Notes: generated by a model not told the origin, from the letters alone. DNA of 64,000 nucleotides from an uncultured Gammaproteobacteria bacterium (GCA_963708865.1 CAVPUC010000001.1:149995-213994), one strand, 5' to 3'; counted from the first letter of the stretch, positions 47,914 through 58,085 are shown. A program made the numbers and translations.

Positions 47914-48385
47914 ATGCCAAAAGTTGTACTGGACCGCAAGGTTCCAGACTTCTCGCTGCCCGCTTCCGGCGCCGGCGAGCTCTGGAGTCTCAAGGCGGCC
48001 GCGGGCCACAAGCTCGTGATCTTCTTCTACCCCAAGGACATGACCAGCGGCTGCACGCTGGAAGCGCAGGGGTTTCGCGACCACGCCGCCGCCTTCAAGC
48101 GCGCCGGCACGGCGATCGTGGGCATCTCGCGCGACAGTCTCGCCTCGCACGAGAAATTCTGCTGCGAAGGAAAAGCTGCCCTACGCGCTGCTGTCCGACA
48201 GCGAGGAGAAGGTGTGCGGCCTGTTTGATGTGATCCGGGAAAAGTCCCTGTACGGGCGCAAGTACCTGGGGATCGAGCGCAGCACATTTCTGCTCGACGC
48301 CGCAGGCCTGCTGCGGCGCGAATGGCGCAAGGTAAAAGTGAACGGACACGTGGAGGAAGTACTTGAAGCGGCGAAGCGTCTCTGA
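47914..48385 (+). pseudogene. bcp: Peroxiredoxin Bcp, reading frame broken by one extra nucleotide at about 48169
   Basis: Frame 1 (…FFYPKDMTSGCTLEAQGF…SHEKFCCE) continues in frame 2 (EKLPYALLSDSEEKVCGLFDVIREKSLYGRKYLGIERSTFLLD…, stop at 48385) once nt 48169 is skipped. Confidence 0.9.
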
Positions 48386-48399
48386 TCAGCAGCCCCCCG

Positions 48400-49845
48400 A
48401 TGCATCCGGCACCGCAGTTGACGGGACCCACGGGTGCGGACCGCGCCACGCGGCGCCTTTTCGTTCTGGATACCAACGTGCTGATGCACGATCCCACCTC
48501 GATTTTCCGCTTCGAGGAGCACGACATCTATCTGCCGATGGTGGTGCTCGAGGAACTCGACGCCAACAAGAAAGGCCTCTCCGAGGCCTCCCGCAACGTC
48601 CGCCAGGCGAGCCGTTTCCTGGATGAGATGATTCGCGATGCCACCAAGGAACAGATCGACCAGGGCCTGCCGCTGCCGTCGGGTTATTCGGGCAACCATG
48701 GCAAGAAGCCCTCGAGCGGGCGGTTGTTCTTCCAGACCCGGCCGCTGGGTGGCGCCACCCTGCCGGAAATATTGCCGGGACACGGCGCGGACAACGCGAT
48801 CCTCGCCCAGACGCTGCAGTTGCAGCGCGAGGCGCCGGTCGCGCGCGTCACCCTGGTGTCCAAGGACATCAACCTGCGCATCAAGGGCGCGGTGCTGGGC
48901 GTGCATGTCGAGGACTACAACAGCGACAAGACGCTGGAGGACTCGGACGTCCTGTACTCGGGCATGGCGATGCTGCCCGCCGACTTCTGGGAACAGCACG
49001 GCAAGGACATGCGCTCCTGGAAGGAAGCCGAGCGCACCTTCTACGAAGTGACCGGCCCCGCGGTGCATGACTGGCTGCCGAATCTGGGTGTCTACGAGGA
49101 CGCCGACCACGGCATCGAGGGCATCGTGCGCAAGGTCGACGGGGAGACCGCAACCCTCGAGCTGACCCGCGACTTTCGCAGCGAGCGCCACAACATCTGG
49201 GGCGTGACGGCGCGCAATCGCGAACAGAACTTCGCGCTCAATCTGCTGATGGATCCGCAGATTGACCTGGTCACGCTGCTGGGACCGGCGGGAACCGGCA
49301 AGACGCTGCTCGCCCTGGCGGCGGGCCTCGCCCAGACATTGGAGAGCAACCGCTTCGTCGAGATCATCATGACCCGGGTCACCATCCCGCTCGGCGAGGA
49401 CATCGGTTTCCTGCCCGGTACCGAGGAGGAGAAGATGGAGCCGTGGATGGGCGCCCTCATGGACAACCTCGAGGTGCTGACCCAGGGTCAGGAGGGCGGC
49501 AACTGGGGCCGGGCCGCCACCAATGACCTGCTGCGCAACCGCATCAAGATCCGGTCCCTCAACTTCATGCGCGGTCGCACCTTTCTCAACCGTTACATCA
49601 TTCTCGATGAGGCCCAGAACCTCACGCCCAAGCAGATGAAGGCGCTGATCACGCGCGCCGGTCCCGGCACCAAGATCGCCTGCCTCGGCAATGTCGCGCA
49701 GATCGATACGCCCTACCTCACCGAGACCACCTCAGGCATCACCTACGCCGTCAACCGCTTCCGGGGCTGGTCGCACTCCGGCCATGTGACACTGGTGCGC
49801 GGCGAGCGCTCGCGGCTGGCGGACTTCGCCTCGGACGCGCTGTAA
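48400..49845 (+). CDS. PhoH-like ATPase with N-terminal PIN domain (PhoH2/YlaK type)
   Basis: 481 aa. PIN region (FVLDTNVLMHDP...VLEELD) and PhoH P-loop (LLGPAGTGKTLLALA), with DEAQN and GRTF motifs. Confidence 0.85.
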   Translation: MHPAPQLTGPTGADRATRRLFVLDTNVLMHDPTSIFRFEEHDIYLPMVVLEELDANKKGLSEASRNVRQASRFLDEMIRDATKEQIDQGLPLPSGYSGNHGKKPSSGRLFFQTRPLGGATLPEILPGHGADNAILAQTLQLQREAPVARVTLVSKDINLRIKGAVLGVHVEDYNSDKTLEDSDVLYSGMAMLPADFWEQHGKDMRSWKEAERTFYEVTGPAVHDWLPNLGVYEDADHGIEGIVRKVDGETATLELTRDFRSERHNIWGVTARNREQNFALNLLMDPQIDLVTLLGPAGTGKTLLALAAGLAQTLESNRFVEIIMTRVTIPLGEDIGFLPGTEEEKMEPWMGALMDNLEVLTQGQEGGNWGRAATNDLLRNRIKIRSLNFMRGRTFLNRYIILDEAQNLTPKQMKALITRAGPGTKIACLGNVAQIDTPYLTETTSGITYAVNRFRGWSHSGHVTLVRGERSRLADFASDAL

Positions 49846-50005
49846 CATGGAGCGGGTACCGGCAGCCGACGCTGTCGGCGCTTTGGGCTGCTGGCGCGTT
49901 ATAGGCACTCTGGCACCGCAGGGTTCGGCAATGATTCCTTACGACGCGACGATTGTTTACGGACCAGACTGAAACTCTGCAGTGTCGGTCGCTGTCACAG
50001 GTCTT

Positions 50006-51511
50006 ATGCGAATAATGAGTAAATTCAGGGTGCTCGCCGCTGCCGCGGTCTTTGGCGGGTGTGCGACCTATGCGGCGGCCCAGTCCAACCCCGATCTGCC
50101 GGACATCGGCAATCCGGCCGGGACGCTGGCCAATCTGGACGACGAATTCCAGATCGGCCGCATGATCATTCATGAGATGCGGGACCAGAACTACCTGCTC
50201 GAGGATCCCGAAGCCAGCGACTACATCCAGACACTCGGGCTCAGGCTCTCCTCCCAGGCCCCCGATTCCAGTCGCCAGTTTCATTATTACGTCGTGCGCG
50301 AGGGTGACATCAACGCCGAGGCGCTGCCAGGCGCCTTCGTCGTGGTCAACTACGGCACCATCCTCGCCTCCGACAATGAATCGGAGCTGGCGGGCGTGCT
50401 GGCCCACGAAACCGCGCACGTCACCCAGCGCCACCTGGTGCGCGGTGCCCTGGCCGCCGAGCACCAGAGCCTGGAGACCGCGGCGGCCATCCTCGGTGCC
50501 ATTGCCCTGGGCGCGCTGGGGGGCGGCCCGGCCGCGCTTGAAGGCGGCATCATGGCGGCGCAGGGCATGGGCGCGCAGATGCAGATCAACTTCACCCGCG
50601 ACCAGGAATACGAGGCCGATCGCGTCGGCATGGGCTACCTGGCCCACGCCGGCTTTGACCCCTTGGGCATGCCGAACTTCTTCGAAGTCCTCAGCCGCAC
50701 TTACGGTTATGGCGAATCGAACGTTCCGCGCATGCTGATCGACCATCCGGTCACCAGCGATCGCATCGCCGAGGCGCGCAGTCGCGCCGCGCAGATGGAG
50801 CGGCCAAAACACATCGAGGACAGTGTCAGTTTCGGGCTGATCAAGGAGCGCCTGCGGGTCCTGACCGCGACCGATGAGTTTGATCTGCGCGGTTATTACG
50901 CGGCCCGCGTCAACATGAGCGATCCGCCGCTGGCGGCCGTGTACGGGCAGGCCCTGGCGCTGGTACAGCGCAATCATCCGGCCGAGGCCATCCCGATCCT
51001 GCAGCCCCTGGTCGCCCAGAATCAGGGCGTCATCATGTTGCATACCCTGCTCGGCCAGGCGCAGATCGCCGCCGGGCAGATCAAGGAGGGTCTGGCCACC
51101 TTTGAACGAGCCGAGGCCCTCTTCCCCCGCAACATCCCGCTCACGGTGCACTATGGCGAGGCCCTGATCACGGCCAACCAGGCGTTCAAGGCCCACCAGG
51201 TGCTGCTCGACCTGTTCAACAATGAGCCCCCCACCCCATCCGAAATCCGTCTCACGGCGCTTGCGGCGAGCAGCGCCGGGGATGCCGGGGACGCCTACTA
51301 CTACATGGGCGAATACAACATCGCCAATGGCGAGCTGCAACTGGCCACCCAGCAGCTGGAACTGGCGCTGTCCGCGCCGGATCTGACCGTCGTACAGCGC
51401 AAGCGCTTCCTCGCCCGCCTGAAGGAAATCCGCGATGCCATCCTCGAGGACCGCCGCGAGCATGGCGGCCGTGCGCCCAACACGGGCAACAACGGCGGCG
51501 CCGGCGGCTGA
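50006..51511 (+). CDS. bepA: M48-family periplasmic metalloprotease with TPR domain (BepA/YfgC-like)
   Basis: Signal peptide, HExxH site (LAHETAHVTQRH) and EADRVG, with C-terminal TPR-like helices. The start is ATG 50006 or 50015. Confidence 0.8.
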   Translation: MRIMSKFRVLAAAAVFGGCATYAAAQSNPDLPDIGNPAGTLANLDDEFQIGRMIIHEMRDQNYLLEDPEASDYIQTLGLRLSSQAPDSSRQFHYYVVREGDINAEALPGAFVVVNYGTILASDNESELAGVLAHETAHVTQRHLVRGALAAEHQSLETAAAILGAIALGALGGGPAALEGGIMAAQGMGAQMQINFTRDQEYEADRVGMGYLAHAGFDPLGMPNFFEVLSRTYGYGESNVPRMLIDHPVTSDRIAEARSRAAQMERPKHIEDSVSFGLIKERLRVLTATDEFDLRGYYAARVNMSDPPLAAVYGQALALVQRNHPAEAIPILQPLVAQNQGVIMLHTLLGQAQIAAGQIKEGLATFERAEALFPRNIPLTVHYGEALITANQAFKAHQVLLDLFNNEPPTPSEIRLTALAASSAGDAGDAYYYMGEYNIANGELQLATQQLELALSAPDLTVVQRKRFLARLKEIRDAILEDRREHGGRAPNTGNNGGAGG

Positions 51512-51579
51512 TACCGCACAGAGCCGGCCGGTGGCTGTTGCTACACTAGCCGCGTCTCTTACTTTGGGCCCGTCTCACC

Positions 51580-52383
51580 ATGCATAGAAAACCCTCGCTG
51601 ATTCACCTGTGCGGCGCGCTTTGCCTCGTGGCGCTGCTTAGCGGGTGCGTGGCGGTGCCGCGCGGCGCCGTCAAGGATCCCCGCGATCCGCTGGAGCGCC
51701 TCAACCGCACGACCTTCAAGGTCGATGACGTCCTGGCGCACGATATCGCCCTGCCCATCGGGCATGCCTACATCGCCGTGACGCCCAAATTCGTGCGCCG
51801 GGGCATCGCCAACGTCTTTGAGAACGCCCATACCCCGGACATCATGATCAACGATCTGCTGCAGGGGAAATTCGCCGCCTTCGGGCAGGAGACCACGCGG
51901 CTGATCCTGAACAGCACGGTGGGCCTGGGGGGTCTGCTGGACCCGGCCAGCGCGGTCGGGCTGCCCAAGGATGACAATGACTTCGGCAGGACGCTGGGCA
52001 CCTGGGGCCTGTCCTCCGGTCCCTACCTGGTGCTGCCGCTATTCGGTCCTTCGGATTTTCGCGACGCCGTCGGCAAGATTCCCGATACGTTCGCGAACCC
52101 GCAGTATTACATCCGGCCCACCACGACGGCCTATGCCGTCGATGCCTTGAGTTTGCTGAACCTGTCCGCCGAGACCCTGATCCCCACCTATCAGCTGCTG
52201 GATCAGCAGAACGCCTTCGACCGCTATGCGTTTGCGCGCAATGCGTACCTGCAGCGCCGTGACTTCCAGGTTCACGGCGACAACGGCGGCGCGGTCGACC
52301 AGGAGGAGCGGGATCTGCAGAAATCCCTGCAGGACGATTCGCCGCCGCCGCCGGCCAATCCGCCGCCACCCGTCAACAAGTAG
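51580..52383 (+). CDS. mlaA: Phospholipid-transport lipoprotein MlaA (VacJ family)
   Basis: 267 aa with lipobox LLSGC. VacJ motifs are present (DPLERLNRTTFKVDD, NDLLQGK, NSTVGLGGLLD, FGRTLG.WG...GPYLVLP.FGPS..RD). Confidence 0.9.
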   Translation: MHRKPSLIHLCGALCLVALLSGCVAVPRGAVKDPRDPLERLNRTTFKVDDVLAHDIALPIGHAYIAVTPKFVRRGIANVFENAHTPDIMINDLLQGKFAAFGQETTRLILNSTVGLGGLLDPASAVGLPKDDNDFGRTLGTWGLSSGPYLVLPLFGPSDFRDAVGKIPDTFANPQYYIRPTTTAYAVDALSLLNLSAETLIPTYQLLDQQNAFDRYAFARNAYLQRRDFQVHGDNGGAVDQEERDLQKSLQDDSPPPPANPPPPVNK

Positions 52384-52411
52384 CCCCCGCTGACCCCACG
52401 CCGCGGCGGCG

Positions 52412-53703
52412 ATGGAAGCGCAGCGCGATCGCGGCTTGGTGCGGGCCCTGGGACCGTGGAGTCTCGCCGCCGGCATTTTCAGCATGATCGTCGGCGCCGG
52501 CATCTTCACCACGCCGGCGGCGTTGGCGCAGGCGCTGGGCGGCTGGGCACCGCTTGCCATCGTGGGCTGTGCGCTGGCGGTGGGCGCGGTAGCCATCTGC
52601 TGTGCGGAGGCGGGCAGCCGCATCCCCACCAGCGGCGGCATCTATGGCTGCGTCGAGGCCGCCTACGGGCCGCTGCCGGGATTCCTGTGCGGCATGCTGC
52701 TCTTGGTCGGGGATGTGCTCGCCTGCGGGGGAGTCAGCGCCGCGCTGGCCGCGATCGTCGCGGCCCAGGCGCCCACGGCGTGGGCCGCGGCACTGCGCGT
52801 TCTCACCATTGTCGGGCTGCTGGGCCTTATGGCAACGATCAATCTGCGCGGGGTGCGCCGCGGCGGCCAGTTTGTCACCGCGGCGACCGCCGTGAAGCTG
52901 CTGCCGCTGCTGGTGTTCGTGATCGCGGGCTCAGGCGCCGTGCACCCCGCCAACCTGACCCTGACGGCGGCGGGCTCCCCGGCGATCGGCCGGGCGGTGC
53001 TGTTGGCCTTGTTCACGTTCATGGGCATGGAGAGCGCGCTGGTGGTGAGCGGTGAGGTGGCGCAACCCAGCCGCACCATTCCGCGAAGCTTGCTGCTCGC
53101 CATCGGCGGCGCCACGGTGCTGTACGTCGCGATCCAGCTGGTCGCGCAGGGCATTCTCGGCAGCGCGCTGGGAACCTCGGCCGCGCCGCTGGCGGAGACG
53201 CCATGGGGCGCCTGAATCCGGGCCTGCGTTGGGTGCTGTTGGCGGGTGCGGCCCTGTCCATGTTCGGCTGGCTGGGCGCGGACATTCTGGCAAGCCCGCG
53301 CATCCTGTTCGCGATGGCGCGCGACGGCCGACTGCCCGCGCTGTGGGGTCGGCTGAATGGCAAGACCCATGCGCCCGACTGGGCGATCGTCAGCTACGCC
53401 GCTGCCGCCGCGCTCCTCGCCGTCACCGGTACGTTTGCCGAACTGGCGGTACTGTCGGCACTTGCGAGCACCGTGCTCTACGCCTATGTGTGTCTGGCGG
53501 CGTGGCGACTGAAGCGGCGCGGCACCGCCTTGGCGGGTGCGCCGTTGAACTTCCGGTGGCTGACGGCCGCGGTCAGCGTCGGCATCGGCAGCATGATCGT
53601 GATGATCGCCCTCGCCGCGCCGTTCGAGATCCTGGGACTTGCGGCACTGATCGGGGTGTCTGCGCTGCTGTACGCCGCCTCAGGCCGCCGCATCCGCCAA
53701 TAG
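52412..53703 (+). pseudogene. APC-superfamily amino-acid permease, reading frame broken (apparent 1-nt deletion) at about 53200
   Basis: ORF 52412..53215 (…GILGSALGTSAAPLAET) continues as AMGRLNPGLRWVLLAGAALSMFGWLGADILASPRILFAMARDGRLP… in ORF 53203..53703 (frame 2 to frame 1). Multi-TM throughout. Confidence 0.8.
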
Positions 53704-53997
53704 CTCCGATACCTCGCTCAGTCGCGCGATGGCGCTGATCTGCGCTGGAAGATTGACAAATTTCAGTTGCCGGCCGTGCTGGTGCGCCCAGCGCCGCCAC
53801 TCGATCAGTACCGCAAGCCCGGCGCTGTCCGCCTGCGTCACCCCGGCACAGTCCACGATCATCAAGGCACTGCCATCGCGCACGAAACAGTCGATGCCCG
53901 CCGCGCACACCCGTCGCGCAGTTTGGAACGTCATGGGTGAGGCGACCAGGATGCGTCCGGGCGCGGCCACCGTGACCTGTACATCAAGCTGTTTCAC
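53680..53997 (-). CDS. mlaB: STAS-domain protein MlaB
   Basis: 105 aa with a STAS fold signature (VDCAGVTQADSAGLAVLIEWRRWA). It is the last gene of the mlaFEDCB cluster. Confidence 0.75.
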   Translation of the reverse strand: MKQLDVQVTVAAPGRILVASPMTFQTARRVCAAGIDCFVRDGSALMIVDCAGVTQADSAGLAVLIEWRRWAHQHGRQLKFVNLPAQISAIARLSEVSELLADAAA

Positions 53998-54003
53998 GCC
54001 GGC

Positions 54004-54684
54004 TTACTTCGGCGGTGCAGGCAGGGCCGCCGGCTTCTCACCCGACTGCAGCCGTTTAATCACCGAATCCAGACCGTTCTGCCCGATCTGCGCCGCAAAG
54101 TCATCGCGAAAGCTCTTCACGTAGCTGATGCCTTCGATCTTAACGTCCCAGACTTTCCAGCCCTCGGGCGTCTTATGCAGGACGTAGATCACCGGCACGG
54201 TCGTGCCATCGTCACGGTTGATGGTGGTGCTCACGGTCGCAAGGTCCGATCCCGGATCGACTCGGCCCGGCTGGACCTTGAGTTTGTTGGCGGTGAAGTT
54301 GACCAGCGCGTTGCCATAGTTCTGCAGCATCGAGTCCTTGAAGGCCTCGACAAAGCGTGTGCGCTGATCCTCGGTGGCGGTGCGCCAGTAGCGGCCCAAT
54401 ACCAGCTGCGCGGAGTACTGGGTGTCGAAGTACGGCAGCAGGTATTTGTCCGCCAGCGCGCGCACCATCTGCGGATTGTTGCGATACGCCGCGCGATTGG
54501 CATCCAGTTCCTTGAGGATGTTCGATGCGACATCCTGGATCATCTGGGTCGGATCCTGGTTGTTGATGGTCGTGGCAGCGGGCGCAGCGGGGGGTGTCGC
54601 TGCCGCGGCGCTGAATGTGCCGAGTGCGAGGAGCACGGCGCCCATCGCACCGGCAGTGAGGGTCACATGATGATTCGTTTTCAC
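54004..54684 (-). CDS. mlaC: Periplasmic phospholipid-binding protein MlaC (Ttg2D family)
   Basis: Start set at GTG 54684, which forms a GTGA overlap with the inferred mlaD stop. Signal peptide, then Ttg2D motifs (LLPYFDTQYSAQLVLGRYWR, WKVWDVKIEGISYV). Confidence 0.8.
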   Translation of the reverse strand: MKTNHHVTLTAGAMGAVLLALGTFSAAAATPPAAPAATTINNQDPTQMIQDVASNILKELDANRAAYRNNPQMVRALADKYLLPYFDTQYSAQLVLGRYWRTATEDQRTRFVEAFKDSMLQNYGNALVNFTANKLKVQPGRVDPGSDLATVSTTINRDDGTTVPVIYVLHKTPEGWKVWDVKIEGISYVKSFRDDFAAQIGQNGLDSVIKRLQSGEKPAALPAPPK

Positions 54685-55210
54685 TTCGAGGTCTCCTTCT
54701 TCGGCGAGCACCGGCACCAGCGGCAGGCGCGCTGGAATCCGCGGACTTGCTGGCCTGGCCTGAAAAGAACTTGTTGATGAGATTCTCCAACACCAGCGCG
54801 GACTGTGTCAGGGTGATTTGACTGCCCTCCTTGAGGAAGGTTTCCGCCCCACCGGCGCCGATGCCGACGTACTTGCCGCCCAGCAGGCCCTGCGTCTCGA
54901 TGCTGGCGTCGCTGTCGTCGGGGATCTTGTTGTATTTGGAATCGATCCGCATGGTGACGACCGCCTTGTAGGTGGTCCAGTCGATGCGGACACTGTCCAC
55001 CTCGCCCAGTGTCACGCCAGCCATGCTGACCGGCGCGCCGACTTTGAGGTCGCCGACGTTATCGAATGCGGCAGTGATGTGATAGCCGGTCTTGGCCTGC
55101 TCAAGCTTCAGTCCGCTCGATGGCAGCTGCGTGGTCAGGAACAGCAACGAGACGAAACCCAGCAACACGAACAGGCCGGTGCCAATTTCAATACTGCGAT
55201 TAGAGCGCAT
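54681..55210 (-). pseudogene. mlaD: MCE-domain protein MlaD with an apparent 1-nt deletion in its low-complexity C-terminal tail (about 54700-54710)
   Basis: N-terminal TM segment plus MCE domain (IEIGTGLFVLLGFVSLLFL…GAPVSMAGVTLGEV…). As written, the frame runs 332 aa through mlaC. A -1 shift in the tail gives …PKKETSK* with its stop at 54681, overlapping the mlaC GTG, and a typical length of about 176 aa. Confidence 0.6.
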
Positions 55211-55241
55211 GTAAAACCTCAGTCCTTATGATCCGCGGCGT

Positions 55242-56009
55242 TCACAGGAACGCGGCGGTCAGCATGTAATCCAGGAATAGCGTCAGTACCGAGGAGGCGA
55301 CCACGGTCCGCGTCGTCGCCAGACCCACGCCCTCGGCGGTAGGCTCGGAGTGATAACCCTCATAGACGGCGATCAGGCTGCAGACGAAACCAAATACCAG
55401 GCTCTTGACGATGCCCTCGGTGACATCGCGCAGCGACACCGCACTTTGCATCTGCGACCAGAACGAGCCGTTATCGATGCGCATCATCTGTACGCCGACC
55501 AAATGGGCGCCGAACAGGCCGACCATGTCGTACACCGCGACCAGCAGCGGCATCGAAATCAGGCCGCCGAGGAAGCGTGGCGCGACCACATAGCGCAGCG
55601 GATCAACGGCCATCATCTGCATGGCGGTGAGCTGATCCGTGGCCCGCATCAGGCCGATCTCGGAGGTCAATGCGGTCCCGGCCCGGCCGGCAAACAAGAG
55701 CGCGGTGAGCACCGGGCCAAGCTCCTTGAGCAAAGCCAGTGCCGCCGCGAACCCCAGCGCATCCTCGGAACCGAATCGCTGCAGCAGGTTAAAGCCCAGC
55801 AGCGCCAGCACCATGCCGGTGAACAGTCCCGAGAGCATGATGATCACCAGGGAGCGGCCGCCGGCGTTGTAGATCTGGTTGACAACCAGGCTGGGCCGGG
55901 CCAGCACCGCGCCACACTGCGTCAGCACCTTCAACAGAAAGATCGCGATGCGGCCGACGCGCGCCAGCGATCCTAGGATCATGCCATCCTGAGTGGTCGC
56001 GGTACTCAT
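55242..56009 (-). CDS. mlaE: Phospholipid ABC transporter permease MlaE
   Basis: Start set at ATG 56009, an ATGA overlap with the mlaF stop. MlaE motifs are present (GSEDALGFAAALALLKELGPVLTALLFAGRAGTALTSEIG.M). Confidence 0.9.
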   Translation of the reverse strand: MSTATTQDGMILGSLARVGRIAIFLLKVLTQCGAVLARPSLVVNQIYNAGGRSLVIIMLSGLFTGMVLALLGFNLLQRFGSEDALGFAAALALLKELGPVLTALLFAGRAGTALTSEIGLMRATDQLTAMQMMAVDPLRYVVAPRFLGGLISMPLLVAVYDMVGLFGAHLVGVQMMRIDNGSFWSQMQSAVSLRDVTEGIVKSLVFGFVCSLIAVYEGYHSEPTAEGVGLATTRTVVASSVLTLFLDYMLTAAFL

Positions 56010-56887
56010 GGCCGCGCTCCGGGTACCGGCAGGCACGGCTTGGCGGGCGCATCCGCCAGCAGCTGAACGCCCAAGTCCCGTGCGGGATAATGAAACGGCG
56101 AGGGACCATCCGGATCGCCACTGATGAACTGGCGCACGATGGGCGACTGGCTGGCCGCAAGTTCCGCGGGCGTGCCTTCCGCCACGATCTTCCCTGCCGC
56201 CATCAGGTAGGCGCGGTCGGTGATCTTGGCAAGCTCAGACACATCGTGGGAGACGATGATACTGGTGATGCCGAGGGAGCGGTTCAGTTGCTGGACGAGC
56301 CGCAGGATCACCCCGCGCGCGATCGGGTCCAGGCCCACGAACGGCTCATCGTAGATCAGAAGTTCAGGGTCCATGACCACCGCGCGCGCCAGCGCCACCC
56401 GACGCGCCATGCCGCCGGAGAGCTCCGCGGGCATCAATGCGGCAGCGCCACGCAGGCCCACCGCATTCAGGCGGGTCAGCACCAGATTCCTGATCAGCGA
56501 TTCGGGCAGATCGGTGTGCTCACGCAGCGGAAAGGCGACATTTTCAAATACATTGAAGTCGGTGAGCAGCGCGCTGTTCTGGAACAGCATGCCGATGCGC
56601 CGGCGCAATGCGAACAGCTGCGTGCGGTTCAAGTTCGCGAGATTCTCGCCGAACAGCCGCACCTCGCCGCGCTGCGCGTGGATCTGCGCCGTGATCAGTC
56701 GCAGCAGCGTCGTCTTGCCGGTGCCGCTGGGACCCATCACGGCCGTGATCTGCCCCTTCAGCGCCTGCAGCGACAAACCCGAGAAAATCTCCCGCCCGCC
56801 CACCGAGTAGCAAGCGTCGCGGACGTCCACGATCACCTCGCCCTCGCCGACCGTGGCGGTCGGGGATGGTGTGTTGCTGTCTGTCAC
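56006..56887 (-). CDS. mlaF: Phospholipid ABC transporter ATP-binding protein MlaF
   Basis: Walker A (GPSGTGKTT), signature (LSGGMARRVALARA) and Walker B (LLIYDEP). Start set at GTG 56887, downstream of the fba stop. The start is uncertain. Confidence 0.85.
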   Translation of the reverse strand: MTDSNTPSPTATVGEGEVIVDVRDACYSVGGREIFSGLSLQALKGQITAVMGPSGTGKTTLLRLITAQIHAQRGEVRLFGENLANLNRTQLFALRRRIGMLFQNSALLTDFNVFENVAFPLREHTDLPESLIRNLVLTRLNAVGLRGAAALMPAELSGGMARRVALARAVVMDPELLIYDEPFVGLDPIARGVILRLVQQLNRSLGITSIIVSHDVSELAKITDRAYLMAAGKIVAEGTPAELAASQSPIVRQFISGDPDGPSPFHYPARDLGVQLLADAPAKPCLPVPGARP

Positions 56888-56903
56888 TTGGTTTTGAGTC
56901 GCC

Positions 56904-57926
56904 TCAGGCGGCCTTGCTTTCCAGCTCGGAAGTGTAGCGCCCGGTCGTGGCGAGTCCATTCAGACGCGCCCGTTTGAGATATTCCTTTTGTCCGACACCA
57001 TAGCCTGCCGCCGTCCCGCCCCAGCCCTTGAGCGCCGCATCCTGCAGGGCGCGTCCGTAGCTGAAGGTGACATGCCACGGCAGGCCACCGATCTGGTTGA
57101 TCAGTGAAAGGTGCAAGGTCGCCTCCTCGGAGGCCTGGCCACCCGACAGGAAGGCGATTCCCGGCACCGCGCTCGGGACGTGGCGCTTCAGGCAGCGCAC
57201 GGTCGCCTGGGCGACCTGCTCGGGGCCAGCGCGGTTCGCGGCCTTCTTGCCGGAGATCACCATGTTCGGTTTGAGAATCATGCCTTCCAGATAGATGCGA
57301 TGTTTGTACAGCTGATCGAACACCACCTGCAGTGTCTCATTAGTGACGGCCTCGCAGCGCTCAATCGAATGATCGCCATCCATGAGCACTTCCGGTTCGA
57401 CAATCGGGACGATCTGCTGTTCCTGGCACAGCGCGGCATAACGGGCCAGCGCCTGGGCGTTGGCCTCGATCGCATACGCCGTCGGAATGTCCTTGCCGAT
57501 ATCGATCACCGCGCGCCACTTGGCGAAGCGCGCGCCGAGCTTGTAGTACTCCTGGAGGCGCTCGCGCAGGCCATCCAGGCCCTCCGTGATGGTCTCGCCG
57601 GGGAAGTTGGCGAAGGGCTTGGCGCCCAGGTCGACCTTGATGCCGGGCAGCACGCCGATGCTCGTCAGATACTCGGCGAAGTTCACGCCGGTGGAGGTCT
57701 TCTGCCGGATGGTCTCATCGTACAGGATGACCCCGCTCACCCACTCCTGCGCCCCGGGGGCCGTCAGCAGCATGTCGCGGTAGGTGCGCCGATGCTCCTC
57801 GGTGGAATCGAGCTTGATGCCGTCAAATCGCTTCTTGATGGTGCTGGAACTCTCATCGGCGGCCAGCAGACCCTTGCCCTTGACCACCATCGCGCGGGCG
57901 ACTTTTTCCAGATCGCTGAGATTCAT
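56904..57926 (-). CDS. fba: Class I fructose-bisphosphate aldolase
   Basis: ATG 57926 lies 9 nt after AAGGGGG. GKGLLAADESSSTIKKRF and LEGMILKPNMV motifs of class I aldolases are present. 340 aa. Confidence 0.9.
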   Translation of the reverse strand: MNLSDLEKVARAMVVKGKGLLAADESSSTIKKRFDGIKLDSTEEHRRTYRDMLLTAPGAQEWVSGVILYDETIRQKTSTGVNFAEYLTSIGVLPGIKVDLGAKPFANFPGETITEGLDGLRERLQEYYKLGARFAKWRAVIDIGKDIPTAYAIEANAQALARYAALCQEQQIVPIVEPEVLMDGDHSIERCEAVTNETLQVVFDQLYKHRIYLEGMILKPNMVISGKKAANRAGPEQVAQATVRCLKRHVPSAVPGIAFLSGGQASEEATLHLSLINQIGGLPWHVTFSYGRALQDAALKGWGGTAAGYGVGQKEYLKRARLNGLATTGRYTSELESKAA

Positions 57927-58040
57927 CGTCACGTACCCCCTTAGGTACTGTTTGAAGAGCCGGATTCGGCCCCGAAGAATACCAAATCGCCACGACAGGC
58001 CCGCTCGGCGCAGCGCCGCGATTGGATTTGGACCCTAAAG

Positions 58041-58060
58041 AGTACTAAAATAGTCCTACT
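58041..58060. promoter_or_regulatory. Candidate Rrf2-type (IscR/SufR-like) operator upstream of the suf operon
   Basis: The core of AGTACTAAAATAGTCCTACT (ACTAAAATAGT) matches the IscR type-1 core ACTRWWWYAGT. It lies 45 nt upstream of the Rrf2 regulator start, in an AT-richer leader. Confidence 0.4.
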
Positions 58061-58064
58061 TACC

Positions 58065-58085
58065 TTAGCACCCCGTTAGCACCCC
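58065..58085. repeat. 10-bp direct repeat TTAGCACCCC x2 with 1-nt spacer in the sufR leader
   Basis: Read directly: 58065-58074 and 58076-58085 are identical. The repeat ends 19 nt before the sufR ATG. Confidence 0.9.
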
